Assembly: GCA_030141605.1 (NCBI GenBank) | Contig: JAQGDQ010000356.1 | Location: 172,346 to 236,345 of the forward strand | Origin: Tubiluchus corallicola | Lineage: Eukaryota > Animalia > Priapulida | DNA: 64,000 nucleotides | Direction: 5' to 3' | Shown: one piece after another, positions 11,569 through 24,600 of the stretch | How positions within the stretch are numbered: the first letter of the stretch is position 1 | How the letters are laid out: each line of letters starts with the position of its first letter | Translations under genes and position numbers: made by a program | The notes under the pieces: model-generated | Databases searched by the model: none | What the model was told of the DNA's origin: nothing | The model's input: the letters and a program-made list of their open reading frames with translations, nothing else

Positions 11569-12310
11569 TAAAAATTCAAGATCATCTAACAAAAAGGTTA
11601 CATATTTGAAAAATTCAAGATCGTCTAACAAAAAGGTTGCATATTTGAAAAATTCAAGATCATCTAACAAAAAGGTTGCATATTTGAAAAATTCAACGTC
11701 ATCTAACAAAAAGGTTGCATATTTGAAAAATTCAAGATCATCTAACAAAAAGGTTGCATATTTGAAAAATTCAAGATCATCTAACAAAAAGGTTGCACAT
11801 TTGAAAAATTCAAGATCATCTAACAAAAAGGTTGCATATTTGAAAAATTCAACGTCATCTAACAAAAAGGTTGCATATTTGAAAAATTCAAGATCATCTA
11901 ACAAAAAGGTTGCATATTTGAAAAATTCAACGTCATCTAACAAAAAGGTTGCATATTTGAAAAATTCAAGATCATCTAACAAAAAGGTTGCATATTTGAA
12001 AAATTCAACGTCATCTAACAAAAAGGTTGCATATTTGAAAAATTCAAGATCATCTAACAAAAAGGTTGCATATTTGAAAAATTCAAGATCATCTAACAAA
12101 AAGGTTGCATATTTGAAAAATTCAAGATCATCTAACAAAAAGGTTGCATATTTGAAAAATTCAACGTCATCTAACAAAAAGGTTGCATATTTGAAAAATT
12201 CAAGATCATCTAACAAAAAGGTTGCATATTTGAAAAATTCAAGATCATCTAACAAAAAGGTTGCATATTTGAAAAATTCAACGTCATCTAACAAAAAGGT
12301 TGCATATTTA
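11569..12310. repeat. Minisatellite, 39 bp x ~19
   Basis: aaaaattcaagatcatctaacaaaaaggttgcatatttg. Confidence 0.97.
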
Positions 12311-12666
12311 AAAGAAAGATAGTTAAAATCTAGGCAAATGCGGAACAAAGAAAGGATTTGACGTTTACCTGATAGTTCATAATCAAACAATAAATAGATT
12401 TGGCAACAATACCAAGCATCTTATAAGATATCAGTATACAGAATTATGTATACAGAATACTGACAGCAGCCTTGAGAAAAAGCTTCGTCCTAATAATCTG
12501 GCTTCTTTACAAACACGACATGGCTTCCTTTCAGTTAAGTGAACAATGAATCTTATCAAGGAAACGTTAGATAGAATGTCAAACCGACACACAGCTGCAG
12601 AGAACAAGCAGAGAAAATTTCATATTGACACGATTAGTGAACAGCTAAGAAATAGAAACTTGTTCT

Positions 12667-12880
12667 GGGTTCGGTAGCTGAGTGGTTTAGATTTCGGACG
12701 CCAATCAAGCAGTCTTGAGTTCGACTCCAGCGGCTGCAAACGCCAGGATGCGTAAAGCCTACGTGTTATTTGTCGTTTGTGTGTTGCGTCCTTACCTGTG
12801 TAAGTGTAAGTCGTCACTAAACAGCCGTTAGTGTTGTCTGTTAAGACGAGAAATAAATCTTGTCTTTGTCTTTTTATTTT
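12667..12880 (+). mobile_element. tRNA-derived SINE
   Basis: A box tagctgagtgg, B box gagttcgactcc, non-tRNA body ending in a short repeated ttgtct tail. Confidence 0.7.
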
Positions 12881-12967
12881 TGTCTGTATAAAATGTAAAA
12901 GTATTTCAACATGCTAATCACCATAAAGCCCTTTCACACATTTCTATTAGATTTCCCTAAATTGTAA

Positions 12968-14920
12968 AACTGACCAAAAGATGCTTATATGATTTGCCTA
13001 ACTGACCAAAGGACGCTTATATGATTTGTCTAACTGACTAACTGACGCTTATGTGATTTATCTAACTGACCAAATGACGCTTATATGATTTGTCTAACTG
13101 ACCAAAAGACGCTTATGTGATTTGTCTAACTGACCAAATGACGCTTATGTGATTTATCTAACTGACCAAATGACGCTTATATGATTTGTCTAACTGACCA
13201 AAAGACGCTAATATGATTTGTCTAACTGACCAAATGACGCTTATATGATTTGTCTAACTGACCAAAAGACGCTTATATGATTTGTCTAACTGACCAAAAG
13301 ATGCTTATATGATTTGTCTAACTGACCGAAGGACGCTTATATGATTTGTCTAACTGACCAAAAGACGCTTATATGATTCGTCTAACTGATCAAATGGCGC
13401 TTATATGATTCGTCTAACTGATCAAATGGCGCTTATATGATTTGTCTAACTGACCAAAAGATGCTTATATGATTTGTCTAACTGACCAAAAGATGCTTAT
13501 ATGATTTGTCTAACTGACCGAAGGACGCTTATATGATTCGTCTAACTGATCAAATGGCGCTTATATGATTTGTCTAACTGACCAAAAGACGCTTATATGA
13601 TTTGTCTAACTGACCAAATGGCGCTTATATGATTTGTCTAACTGACCAAATGACGCTTATATGATTTGTCTAACTGATCAAAAGACGCTTATATGATTTG
13701 TCTAACTGACCAAAAGACGCTTATATGATTTGTTTAACTGACCAAATGACGCTTATATGATTCGTCTAACTGATCAAATGACGCTTATATGATTTGTTTA
13801 ACTGACCAAATGGCGCTTATATGATTTGTCTAACTGACCAAAAGACGCTTATATGATTTGTCTAACTGACCAAATGGCGCTTATATGATTTGTCTAACTG
13901 ACCGAAGGACGCTTATATGATTCGTCTAACTGACCGAAGGACGCTTATATGATTCGTCTAACTGATCAAATGGCGAATATATGATTTGTCTAACTGACCA
14001 AAAGATGCTTATATGATTTGTCTAACTGACCAAAAGATGCTTATATGATTTGTCTAACTGACCGAAGGACGCTTATATGATTCGTCTAACTGACCGAAGG
14101 ACGCTTATATGATTCGTCTAACTGATCAAATGGCGCTTATATGATTTGTCTAACTGACCAAAAGACGCTTATATGATTTGTCTAACTGACCAAAAGATGC
14201 TTATATGATTTGTCTAACTGACCGAAGGACGCTTATATGATTCGTCTAACTGATCAAATGGCGCTTATATGATTTGTCTAACTGACCAAAAGACGCTTAT
14301 ATGATTTGTCTAACTGACCAAAAGATGCTTATATGATTTGTCTAACTGACCAAAAGACGCTTATATGATTTGTCTAACTGACCGAAGGACGCTTATATGA
14401 TTTGTCTAACTGACCAAAAGACGCTTATATGATTTGTCTAACTGACCAAATGGCGCTTATATGATTTGTCTAACTGACCAAATGACGCTTATATGATTTG
14501 TCTAACTGACCAAAAGATGCTTATATGATTTGTCTAACTGACCAAAAGATGCTTATATGATTTGTCTAACTGACCAAATGGCGCTTATATGATTTGTCTA
14601 ACTGACCAAATGGCGCTTATATGATTTGTCTAACTGACCAAATGGCGCTTATATGATTTGTCTAACTGACCAAAAGATGCTTATATGATTCGTCTAACTG
14701 ATCAAATGGCGCTTATATGATTTGTCTAACTGACCAAAAGACGCTTATATGATTTGTCTAACTGACCAAATGGCGCTTATATGATTTGTCTAACTGACCA
14801 AATGGCGCTTATATGATTTGTTTAACTGACCAAATGACGCTTATATGATTTGTCTAACTGATCAAAAGACGCTTATATGATTTGTCTAACTGATCAAAAG
14901 ACGCTTATATGATTTGTCTA
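12968..14920. repeat. Minisatellite, 32 bp x ~61
   Basis: aactgaccaaaagacgcttatatgatttgtct. Confidence 0.97.
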
Positions 14921-15165
14921 TAGAATCTGTTAGTAAGAAACCAGTAGGCACCATTCATTCATTAAGCAGCAAGGTAGCTGAACTTCCATGCAAACAGTAA
15001 ATTTCCCAGAGGGTTGGAGTGCATTATGATGCTATCAAACTACTGCACACGTATAACATGATTAAAGTGACTTCATCAATAATACCTGCACGGCACTCAT
15101 CGATAAGAAATCACAGGTAATGCTTGAGCAACTTTCCATTAAAGGTAATCAAGTCAAGTAGAGAA

Positions 15166-17175
15166 TGAGTGTTCAAACCGAGTTTAAGGATGTTCCATGA
15201 TGCAATCTGAGTGTTCAAATCGAGTTTAAGGATGTTCCATGCTGCAATCTGAGTGTTCAAACCGAGTTTAAGGATGTTCCATGCTGCAATCTGAGTGTTC
15301 AAACCGAGTTTAAGGATGTTCCATGCTGCAATCTGAGCGTTCAAACCGAGTTTAAGGATGTTCCATGCTGCAATCTGAGCGTTCAAACCGAGTTTAAGAA
15401 TGTTCCATGCTGCAATCTGAGCGTTCAAACAGAGTTTAAGGATGTTCCATGCTGCAGTCTGAGCGTTCAAACCGAGTTTAAGGATGTTCCATGCTGCAGT
15501 CTGAGCGTTCAAACCGAGTTTAAGAATGTTCCATGCTGCAATCTGAGCGTTCAAACCGAGTTTAAGAATGTTCCATGCTGCAATCTGAGCGTTCAAACCA
15601 AGTTTAAGAATGTTCCATGCTGCAATCTGAGCGAGTTTAAGGATGTTCCATGATGCAATCTGAGCGTTCAAACCGAGTTTAAGGATGTTCCATGCTGCAA
15701 CATGCGCGTTCAAACCGAGTTTAAGGATGTTCCATGCTGCAACATGAGCGTTCAAACCGAGTTTAAGGATGTTCCATGCTGCAATCTGGGCGTTCAAACC
15801 GAGTTTAAGAATGTTCCATGCTGCAATCTGAGCGTTCAAACCGAGTTTAAGGATGTTCCATGCTGCAATCTGAGCGTTCAAACCGAGTTTAAGGATGTTC
15901 CATGCTGCAATCTGAGCGTTCAAACCGAGTTTAAGGATGTTCCATGATGCAATCTGAGCGTTCAAACCGAGTTTAAGGATGTTCCATGCTGCAATCTGAG
16001 CGTTCAAACCGAGTTTAAGGATGTTCCATGCTGCAATCTGAGCGTTCAAACCGAGTTTAAGGATGTTCCATGCTGCAATCTGAGCGTTCAAACCGAGTTT
16101 AAGGATGTTCCATGCTGCAATCTGAGCGTTCAAACCGAGTTTAAGGATGTTCCATGCTGTAGTCTGAGTGTTCAAACCGAGTTTAAGGATGTTCCATGCT
16201 ACAATCTGAGCATTCAAACCGAGTTTAAGGATGTTCCATGATGCAATCTGAGCGTTCAAACCAAGTTTAAGGATGTTCCATGCTGCAATCTGAGCGTTCA
16301 AACCGAGTTTAAGGATATTCCATGCTGCAATCTGGGCGTTCAAACCGAGTTTAAGAATGTTCCATGCTGCAATCTGAGCGTTCAAACCGAGTTTAAGGAT
16401 GTTCCATGATGCAATATGAGTGTTCAAACCGAGTTTAAGGATGTTCCATGCTGCAACATGCGCGTTCAAACCAAGTTTAAGGATGTTCCATGCTGCAATC
16501 TGGGCGTTCAAACCGAGTTTAAGAATGTTCCATGCTGCAATCTGAGCGTTCAAACCGAGTTTAAGGATGTTCCATGCTGCAATCTGAGCGTTCAAACCGA
16601 GTTTAAGGATGTTCCATGCTGCAATCTGAGCGTTCAAACCTAGTTTAAGGATGTTCCATGCTGCAACCTGAGCGTTCAAACCGAGGTTAAGAATGTTCCA
16701 TGCTGCAATCTGGGCATTCAAACCGAGTTTAAGGATGTTCCATGCTGCAATCTGAGCGTTCAAGCCGAGTTTAAGGATGTTCCATGCTGTAGTCTGAGCG
16801 TTCAAACCGAGTTTAAGGATGTTCCATGCTACAATCTGAGCGTTCAAACAGAGTTTAAGGATGTTCCATGCTGCAATCTGAGCGTTCAAACCGAGTTTAA
16901 GGATGTTCCACGCTGCAATCTGAGCATTCAAACCGAGTTTAAGGATGTTCCATGCTGCAATCTGAGCGTTCAAACCGAATTTAAGGATGTTCCATGCTGC
17001 AATCTGAGCGTTCAAACCGAGTTTAAGGATGTTCCATGCTGCAACATGAGCGTTCAAACCGAGTTTAAGGATGTTCCATGCTGCAATCTGAGTGTTCAAA
17101 CTGAGTTTAAGGATGTTCCATGCTACAATCTGAGCGTTCAAGCCGAGTTTAAGGATGTTCCATGCTGCAATCTGG
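15166..17175. repeat. Minisatellite, 42 bp x ~48
   Basis: gttcaaaccgagtttaaggatgttccatgctgcaatctgagc. Confidence 0.97.
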
Positions 17176-17217
17176 GAGTTGATAAAATCGTCTCCAAAGC
17201 ACCACAGACTGAAGACA

Positions 17218-19728
17218 CTCACAGAAACACTTGATCACAGACAGCAGGCCCTCGCAGAAACACTTGACAACGGAAAGCAGACCTTCACAGAAACACTTGA
17301 CAACAGAGAGCAGACCTTCACAGAAACACTTGACAACAGAGAGCAGACCTTCACAGAAACACTTGACAACGGAGAGCAGACCCTCACAGAAACACTTGAC
17401 AACAGAGAGCAGACCCTCACAGAAACACTTGACAACAGAGAGCAGACCCTCACAGAAACACTTGACAAAAGAGAACTGACCTTCACAGAAACACTTGACA
17501 ACAGAGAGCAGACCCTCGCAGAAACACTTGACAACAGAGCACAGACCTTCACAGAAACACTTGACAACAGAGAGCAGACCCTCGCAGAAACACTTGACAA
17601 CAGAGAGCAGACCTTCACAGAAACACTTGACAAAAGAGAGCAGACCTTCGCAGAAACACTTGACAACAGAGAACAGACCCTCGCAGAAACACTTGACAAC
17701 AGAGAGCAGACCTTCACAGAAACACTTGACAACAGAGAGCAGACCCTCACAGAAACACTTGACAACAGAGAGCAGACCCTCACAGAAACACTTGACCACA
17801 GAGAGCAAACCCCAACAGAAACACTTGACAACAGAGAGCAGACCCTCGCAGAAACACTTGACAACAGAGTGCAGACCCTCGCAGAAACACTTGACAACAG
17901 AGAGCAGACCTTCACAGAAACACTTGACAACAGAGAGCAGACCCTCACAGAAACACTTGACACCAGAGAGCAGACCCTCACAGAAACACTTGACCACAGA
18001 GAGCAAACCCCAACAGAAACACTTGACAACAGAGAGCAGACCCTCGCAGAAACACTTGACAACAGAGAGCAGACCTTCACAGAAACACTTGACAACAGAG
18101 AGCAGACCCTCGCAGAAACACTTGACAACAGAGAGCAGACCTTCACAGAAACACTTGACAACAGAGAGCAGACCTCACAGAAACACTTGACCACAGAGAG
18201 CAAATCCCCACAGAAACACTTGACAACAGAGAGCAGACGCTCGCAGAAACACTTGACAACAGAGAGCAGACCCTCGCAGAAACACTTGACAACAGAGAGC
18301 AGACCTTCACAGAAACACTTGACAACAGAGAGCAGACCTCACAGAAACACTTGACAACAGAGAGCAGACCTTCACAGAAACACTTGACAACAGAGAGCAG
18401 ACCCTCGCAGAAACACTTGACAACAGAGAGCACAGACCTTCACAGAAACACTTGACAACAGAGAGCAGACCCTCGCAGAAACACTTGACAACAGAGAGCA
18501 GACCTTCACAGAAACACTTGACAACAGAGAGCAGACCCTCACAGAAACACTTGACCACAGAGAGCAAATCCCCACAGAAACACTTGACAACAGAGAGCAG
18601 ACCCTCGCAGAAACACTTGACAACAGAGAGCAGACCCTCCAGAAACACAAACAGACACGCCCTCACAGAAACACTTGACAACAGAGAGCAGACCTTCACA
18701 GAAACACTTGACAACAGAGAGCAGACCTTCACAGAAACACTTGACAACAGAGAGCAGACCCTCGCAGAAACACTTGACAACAGAGCACAGACCTTCACAG
18801 AAACACTTGACAACAGAGAGCAGACCCTCGCAGAAACACTTGACAACAGAGAGCAGACCTTCGCAGAAACACTTGACAACAGAGAGCAGACCCTCGCAGA
18901 AACACTTGATCACAGACAGCAGGCCCTCACAGAAACACTTGACAACAGAGAGCAGACCCTCGCAGAAACACTTGATAACAGAGAGCAGACGCTCGCAGAA
19001 ACACTTGACAACAGAGAGCACAAACCTTCACAGAAACACTTGACAACAGAGAGCAGATCCTCACAGAAACACTTGACTACAGAGAGCAAACCCCCACAGA
19101 AACACAGAGAGCAGACCCTCGCAGAAACACTTGACAACAGAGAGCAGACCCTCGCAGAAACACTTGACAACAGAGAGCAGACCCTCGCAGAAACACTTGA
19201 CAACAGAGAGCACAGACCTTCTCAGAAACACTTGCCAACAGAGAGCAGACCCTCGCAGAAACACTTGACAACAGAGAGCACAGACCTTCTCAGAAACACT
19301 TGACAACAGAGAGCAGACCCTCGCAGAAACACTTGACAACAGAGAGCACAGACCTTCTCAGAAACACTTGACAACAGAGAGCAGACCCTCGCAGAAACAC
19401 TTGACAACAGAGAGCAGGCCTTCACAGAAACACTTGACAACAGAGAGCACAGACCTTCTCAGAAACACTTGACAACAGAGAGCAGATCCTCGCAGAAACA
19501 CTTGACAACAGAGAGCACAGACCTTCACAGAAACACTTGACCACAGAAAGCAAACCCCCACAGAAACACTTGACAACAGAGAGCACAGACCTTCACAGAA
19601 ACACTTGACAACAGACAGCAGACCCTCACAGAAACACTTGACAACAGAGAGCAGACCCTCACAGAAACATTTGACAACACAGAGCACAGACCTTCACAAA
19701 AACACTTGACCACAGAAACATTTGACAA
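17218..19728. repeat. Minisatellite, 33(-35) bp x ~75
   Basis: cagaaacacttgacaacagagagcagaccctcg. Confidence 0.97.
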
Positions 19729-20506
19729 GCAGAAGGAAGTGGTCTGAATCTAGCTTTCTGAGAGTACTAAGTACTGCTAATGTACTTTTCACTATTTCAA
19801 ATCATGTCATGGTTTAATGAGTTACAATCAAAGTTTTTACATTATAGGAAAGGCATGCATTACGTTTTTGTACCGTATCAGTACCTTGAAGTTACATCAT
19901 TGAAATCAGTGTGTTAAAAAACTTGCAAAACTTTACTTGAATAAAATCACAAACTAGCTGACAATGTTTATGAAGGTTAACTAAAGTGGTTTCTACACTG
20001 CTGGTTTACAGGGAACACCATAAGAAATCTTCCTACGTAAGAGAAGCCAGTTAACATGAACAACATTTCACAAGAAGCCGGGTGGCTTTTGTCGGAACGT
20101 AATATTGCAGTCTAATCAAGAAAATACTGTTTGGTTTCCACGATTGAAATAACACGTACAGACAACAAGCATATACAGTCTATTACTGAGAAACGAAATT
20201 CAATATCTAGAGAAAAAAGTCGAAAAAACAAAAACACCATCCTGTTTTCCTAGAGTGGTCACCAGATGTCTCTTAATTCGCAATGTGAAAGTCAGTAAAG
20301 TGTTGTGGATTGTTTTCTTAAACATGCTATGGCTTCTTCAGATGTTATACTCATGAATCATTATCTCCCACGCATTTTAGATGCCTTGCAACTTTCCTAT
20401 TACCAAGAATGTGTTTATTAATATCCAAACAAAGCGTATACAAAAATCATGGCTATAAACCTATCAATTCGCAACTTGAAATTGCTGTTTTTCATTATAC
20501 ACGTTT

Positions 20507-20610
20507 GCGCCTGTGGCGTAATGGATGAGGTAATATGAGCTCCAGAGATTGCAGATCGTTAAGACCCATTGCCATCTAAGTGAAAACCTTTCGGCCTCAT
20601 GTAAAGAGAT
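20507..20610 (+). mobile_element. Degenerate tRNA-like SINE head
   Basis: gcgcctgtggcgtaatggat resembles a tRNA 5' half/A box; the remainder is decayed. Confidence 0.35.
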
Positions 20611-20734
20611 TACGACTAATCTTAGTATATTACATTCAAACAAAGTTTGATGAAACGTTTAAGCAAATTACAAGAAATAATAATAATAATTTATAGGAAG
20701 GAAAAGAACATTCAAACAGGTAATTCAGCAAGCA

Positions 20735-21457
20735 TTAAAGGACAAGTCCCTACTTACGTCAAGCTTAAAAAATCGTCTTGAAATTTTATACCACTCGCCT
20801 ATGAACTAGGTTTCTTACCTATGTAACTGGTATAAAATTCAAGACGATTTTTTTAAATCGCATACAGGGCTTGCGTCGCAGTAGCGCTGCATAAAATGTG
20901 TAAAAATTTAAAGTCCCGCGATGACCGTTAGGCGCAGCCGTTTTGACGATATGTCATCTGAAACAAATTTACATAACATTGAGAAGTTTGAAATAATAAT
21001 CAGAGCATTCGTAGCGCACACGTCATTAACTAAATAAAATTTTAAGTTACTGTATCTTGTTAATAAGATTAAAAATATGTTTTTTGCTTAGTGAGTGCTG
21101 CACCCTAGAGGGTGAGTCAACGACATTTTACCAAATGGCACAAACATTTTAAATTATTATTTGTAGTTACATGTCTTTCCAGCAGGTAAGTAAAATGCTA
21201 AGTAATATAGATTTGCATGGAAAGTTTTTTGGAACATAAATTTAACATTTCCTTTTCTTCCCCTGATTTACGTTGTGCGTATATGACGTCATGTAATGGC
21301 GTGGTCAGAACAGTATTGAGGGAAATTTTAAGTGAAAGCAAACAAAAAATGCTTTCAACGCGAGTACGATATACACATAAAATCGCTGTAAAGTAATATA
21401 AATTTTCAAAATGATTTTTCTGAAACCTACTTCAGGTACCCCTTTCTCATCCTTTAA
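20735..21457 (+). mobile_element. Kolobok-like non-autonomous element family C, full-length
   Basis: TTAA|AGGACAAG...ctcatcct|TTAA; homologous segments at 31020, 39035, 47700, 48110, 56640, 61400, 63525. Confidence 0.75.
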
Positions 21458-21668
21458 GCTTTAGTATCTCACATGGACAATGGAATTACGAAACTAACAA
21501 TACCCCCGACTTCAGGTACCCCTTTTCTTGTCCTTTAACCCTTAGTATCTCACATGGACAATGGAATTACGAAACTAACAACACCCCCGACTTCAGGCAC
21601 CCCTTTTCTTGTCCTCTAAGCTCCAGTATTTCACATGGACAATGGAATTACGAAACTAACAACACCCC
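21428..21668. repeat. 81-bp x3 tandem repeat of the family C terminus plus flank
   Basis: acttcaggtacccctt...tcctttaag..agtatctcacatggacaatggaattacgaaactaacaa x3. Confidence 0.9.
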
Positions 21669-22084
21669 TGTCCTGTGAACTGCTATACGACCCACTGAGT
21701 GAAATACGTCCAGCCCTACAGCCTCAAACGAATAAACCTCACTACAAAGTCGATACTGCCTAAACAAATACACATCAAACATAACCACATAGCAAATGAG
21801 GCTAAATCATTGACCAGCTACGGCAGCATCATGGCTACTACAGTAAATTAGTTTAACCTACTGAGTATATTTGGTAATGGAACAGGGTGGTGATAGTAAA
21901 TGTGACATGGTTAAAACATTAGTCTGACAGTAGCTCGTCTTGTGCCAGTGCGATCGCTAATCGATCAGATCTTAAATTAAAACGCGTGAAGGTAGATTTC
22001 AATCTGTGAAGAGGTCGTTGAAATAAAGTTTTAAAACGTTTTAATATGTAAATTACGATTATGAATGCCGCTTGAGAAATAACC

Positions 22085-22301
22085 ATCATACAGTTATCGT
22101 CGTTGTCGTCGTCGTCGTCACCATCATCATCATCGTCGTCGTCATCACCAACACCATAATTCTTTAAATGCGAACTGTCAACGTCATCTTCATCGTCATC
22201 ATCATCAGCAGCAGCAGCAGTAGCAGCAACAACATCATGACTGTCGTCATCATCATCATATTTCAAATGTGAACTATCGCCGTCACCTTCGTCATCATTG
22301 C

Positions 22302-22346
<45 letters not shown>

Positions 22347-22385
22347 ACTTTAAATGTGAACTACCATCGTCATTGTCATCATTAT
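22085..22385. repeat. Imperfect (CAT)n/(CGT)n microsatellite with a three-times repeated interruption
   Basis: catcat runs punctuated by tttaaatgtgaact-like motifs at ~22164, 22261, 22349. Confidence 0.9.
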
Positions 22386-22614
22386 CAATATTATACTTCA
22401 TATTAGGATAAAGTTAGTTGAATAATAAGGCATTAGTTTGTTGTGAAAAAATGATAGTGTATTTAGAAATAATTTGCAAGTTTTGATGAAGGTGGACACT
22501 GAAAAAGTCAATAAAGAGCACAACTACTGATTAAACTAAGCTACTCTGTAGTAATTTTCGTTATTATTTACCACATGCAAGCCATCTGGCATTAAATCAA
22601 TGGGTTTTCTTTCC

Positions 22615-22860
22615 TATGTTTAACAGAAGAAGATTTGTGGAGACTGACTAACACTGCAGCAAAGATACGTTAGAAAATTTATTAAGCAAGAGTGGAAATA
22701 ACATGACCTGGAGGACAGAAGCTAGTATGCCCTAGAAAACATCGTAGTGAAGGGCCCTAAGAAACACCCCAAAATGACCAGAAAATGGAATGTCATAAAA
22801 TAATTTAGGTGGAATGAATTTACATTTTAATCAACGACCAAATTAGCTGTGTGATGAGTC
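22615..22860 (+). mobile_element. Possible decayed RTE-LINE 3' fragment
   Basis: ttaacagaagaagatttgtggagactgactaacact reads LTEEDLWRLTNT, resembling the RTE NEELWRRT region; downstream VKGPKKHPKMT weakly resembles GKRPRGRPKKT; frames broken. Confidence 0.3.
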
Positions 22861-23220
22861 ATCAAAGCTTCATCTACTTAACCAGAACTGCATCAAGTCG
22901 TTCCTAGAGCATCAGTTTTAACCTACATCACTAACCCACACTCCTCAAACTTGTTCAACAAAGATTCAAGCATCAATGATAAAAAATGAACTGCCAACTA
23001 CAAGATACTAATCTATGAATGTTCAATGAACCATGGAAACTGATGCTGTTTTTACACTTTGTTACTGTAACGCAAACAAATTCCTTTGTTAGTTCACTAA
23101 TTGTGCTAATATTCAAACTATTGATTATTTCTGAATCCTGGGGCTATATTTACACGACGAATACGCACTCACTAATGCACTAAGTTAAATGAACGTGTAA
23201 CGAACCAGATTTTCTATCAT

Positions 23221-23948
23221 TTAAAGGAAAAGACACGCCTTCTGAGAAATTAGGCTTATTCCAATGTTCGCGAAAATTTTTTAGAGAGATTTGGTAATAA
23301 AATTGCAATAAGCGCCTCGTGTAATTAGTAAAATCACTTTAAAGTAGCGATCACTTCATGCTTGGACGCTCCCATTTTCAACGCCCATTCTTCTTCCAAT
23401 GACGTCATTCGTCTTGAAGAAAAGTAGCGCTGTCAATCTTCATTAAAAGTATAATAAGTTTTTACAAAAAATTAGATAGTTAGTTATGTAATATTTTTGC
23501 ATGAACATTAGGTAAGCTGCAGAAGTTTGAATTAGTTTGAGCAGTGCGCGCTCACGGAAAGCCACGAAGCGCTTACGAAAAGTCACGAAGTCTCCCAGTT
23601 ACGTCACGAAGTCTTCCAGTTACGTCATGATTTTTAAACAAATGGCAGCAACCACCACGCCTGAAAATTTCTATTCAGAGGAAGTATATTTTAAATTTAT
23701 GCTTTATAGGCAGTTCTTTGCAAATTTCTTTGTTATATTTTTCTAAGTTTAAGTGATAACAGTAAAATAAACCCAACATACTGAGTGACTTGTTCTTTCC
23801 TTTACCACACCACAAACAGTTTAAGTGATAACAGTAAAATAAACCCAACATACTGAGTGACTTGTTCTTTCCTTTACCACACCACAAACAGTTTAAGTGA
23901 TAACAGTAAAATAAACCCAACATACTGAGTGACTTGTTCTTTCCTTAA
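23221..23948 (+). mobile_element. Kolobok-like family A copy with triplicated 3' terminus (72-bp unit)
   Basis: TTAA|AGGAAAAG start; terminus units begin at 23749, 23821, 23893; ends ttcc|TTAA. Confidence 0.85.
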
Positions 23949-23949
23949 C

Positions 23950-24128
23950 CATGTTGGGTTTATTTTAATCACTTAAACTTAGAAAAATATAACAAAGAAA
24001 TTTGCAAAAAATTGTCTGTAAAGTTTCATTCATACTACTGCTCTACAAACCTTCAAGCGTGCTAGTAGTGACTTATTCACTTGAAACTTGTGACGCAAGT
24101 CATTTAAGTGAGTTGATCTTTCCTTTAA
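23950..24128 (-). mobile_element. Inverted, internally deleted family A fragment abutting the previous copy
   Basis: atgttgggtttatttt..cacttaaacttagaaaaatataacaaagaaatttgcaaa is the reverse complement of 23718-23780; ends ttgatctttcctttaa. Confidence 0.6.
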
Positions 24129-24368
24129 TGTATAATTTTAAATGTTATATTGCAAGAATTTCTGCCTGTTTCCTATTTAAGTTGCAAGACGAGATTATGT
24201 TTGAATTCCATGGGCACTTGTTGTGAAGAATGGTTTGCAAGCTAAACGTGATGGAAGAAAGGTCACGTAACTTCTCGATTTATCAAGAAGATAAATTGAT
24301 TTGACACTCTGGTCACAGTGAGTGAATTTAAATATCGTTTTTAAATGTGCAGAGTGAACACAACCGAC

Positions 24369-24600
<232 letters not shown>

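Noticed and set aside
17149-19728. Multiple 100-400 aa ORFs (ETLDNREQTL, LLSVVKCFCEG repeats)
   Set aside because: 33-bp array with frequent frameshifting indels; open on both strands.
21919-22401. Asp-rich 160-aa ORF resembling an acidic biomineralisation protein
   Set aside because: It is a (GAT)n microsatellite in an intron, with no signal peptide or convincing exon boundaries; RNA-seq could overturn this.
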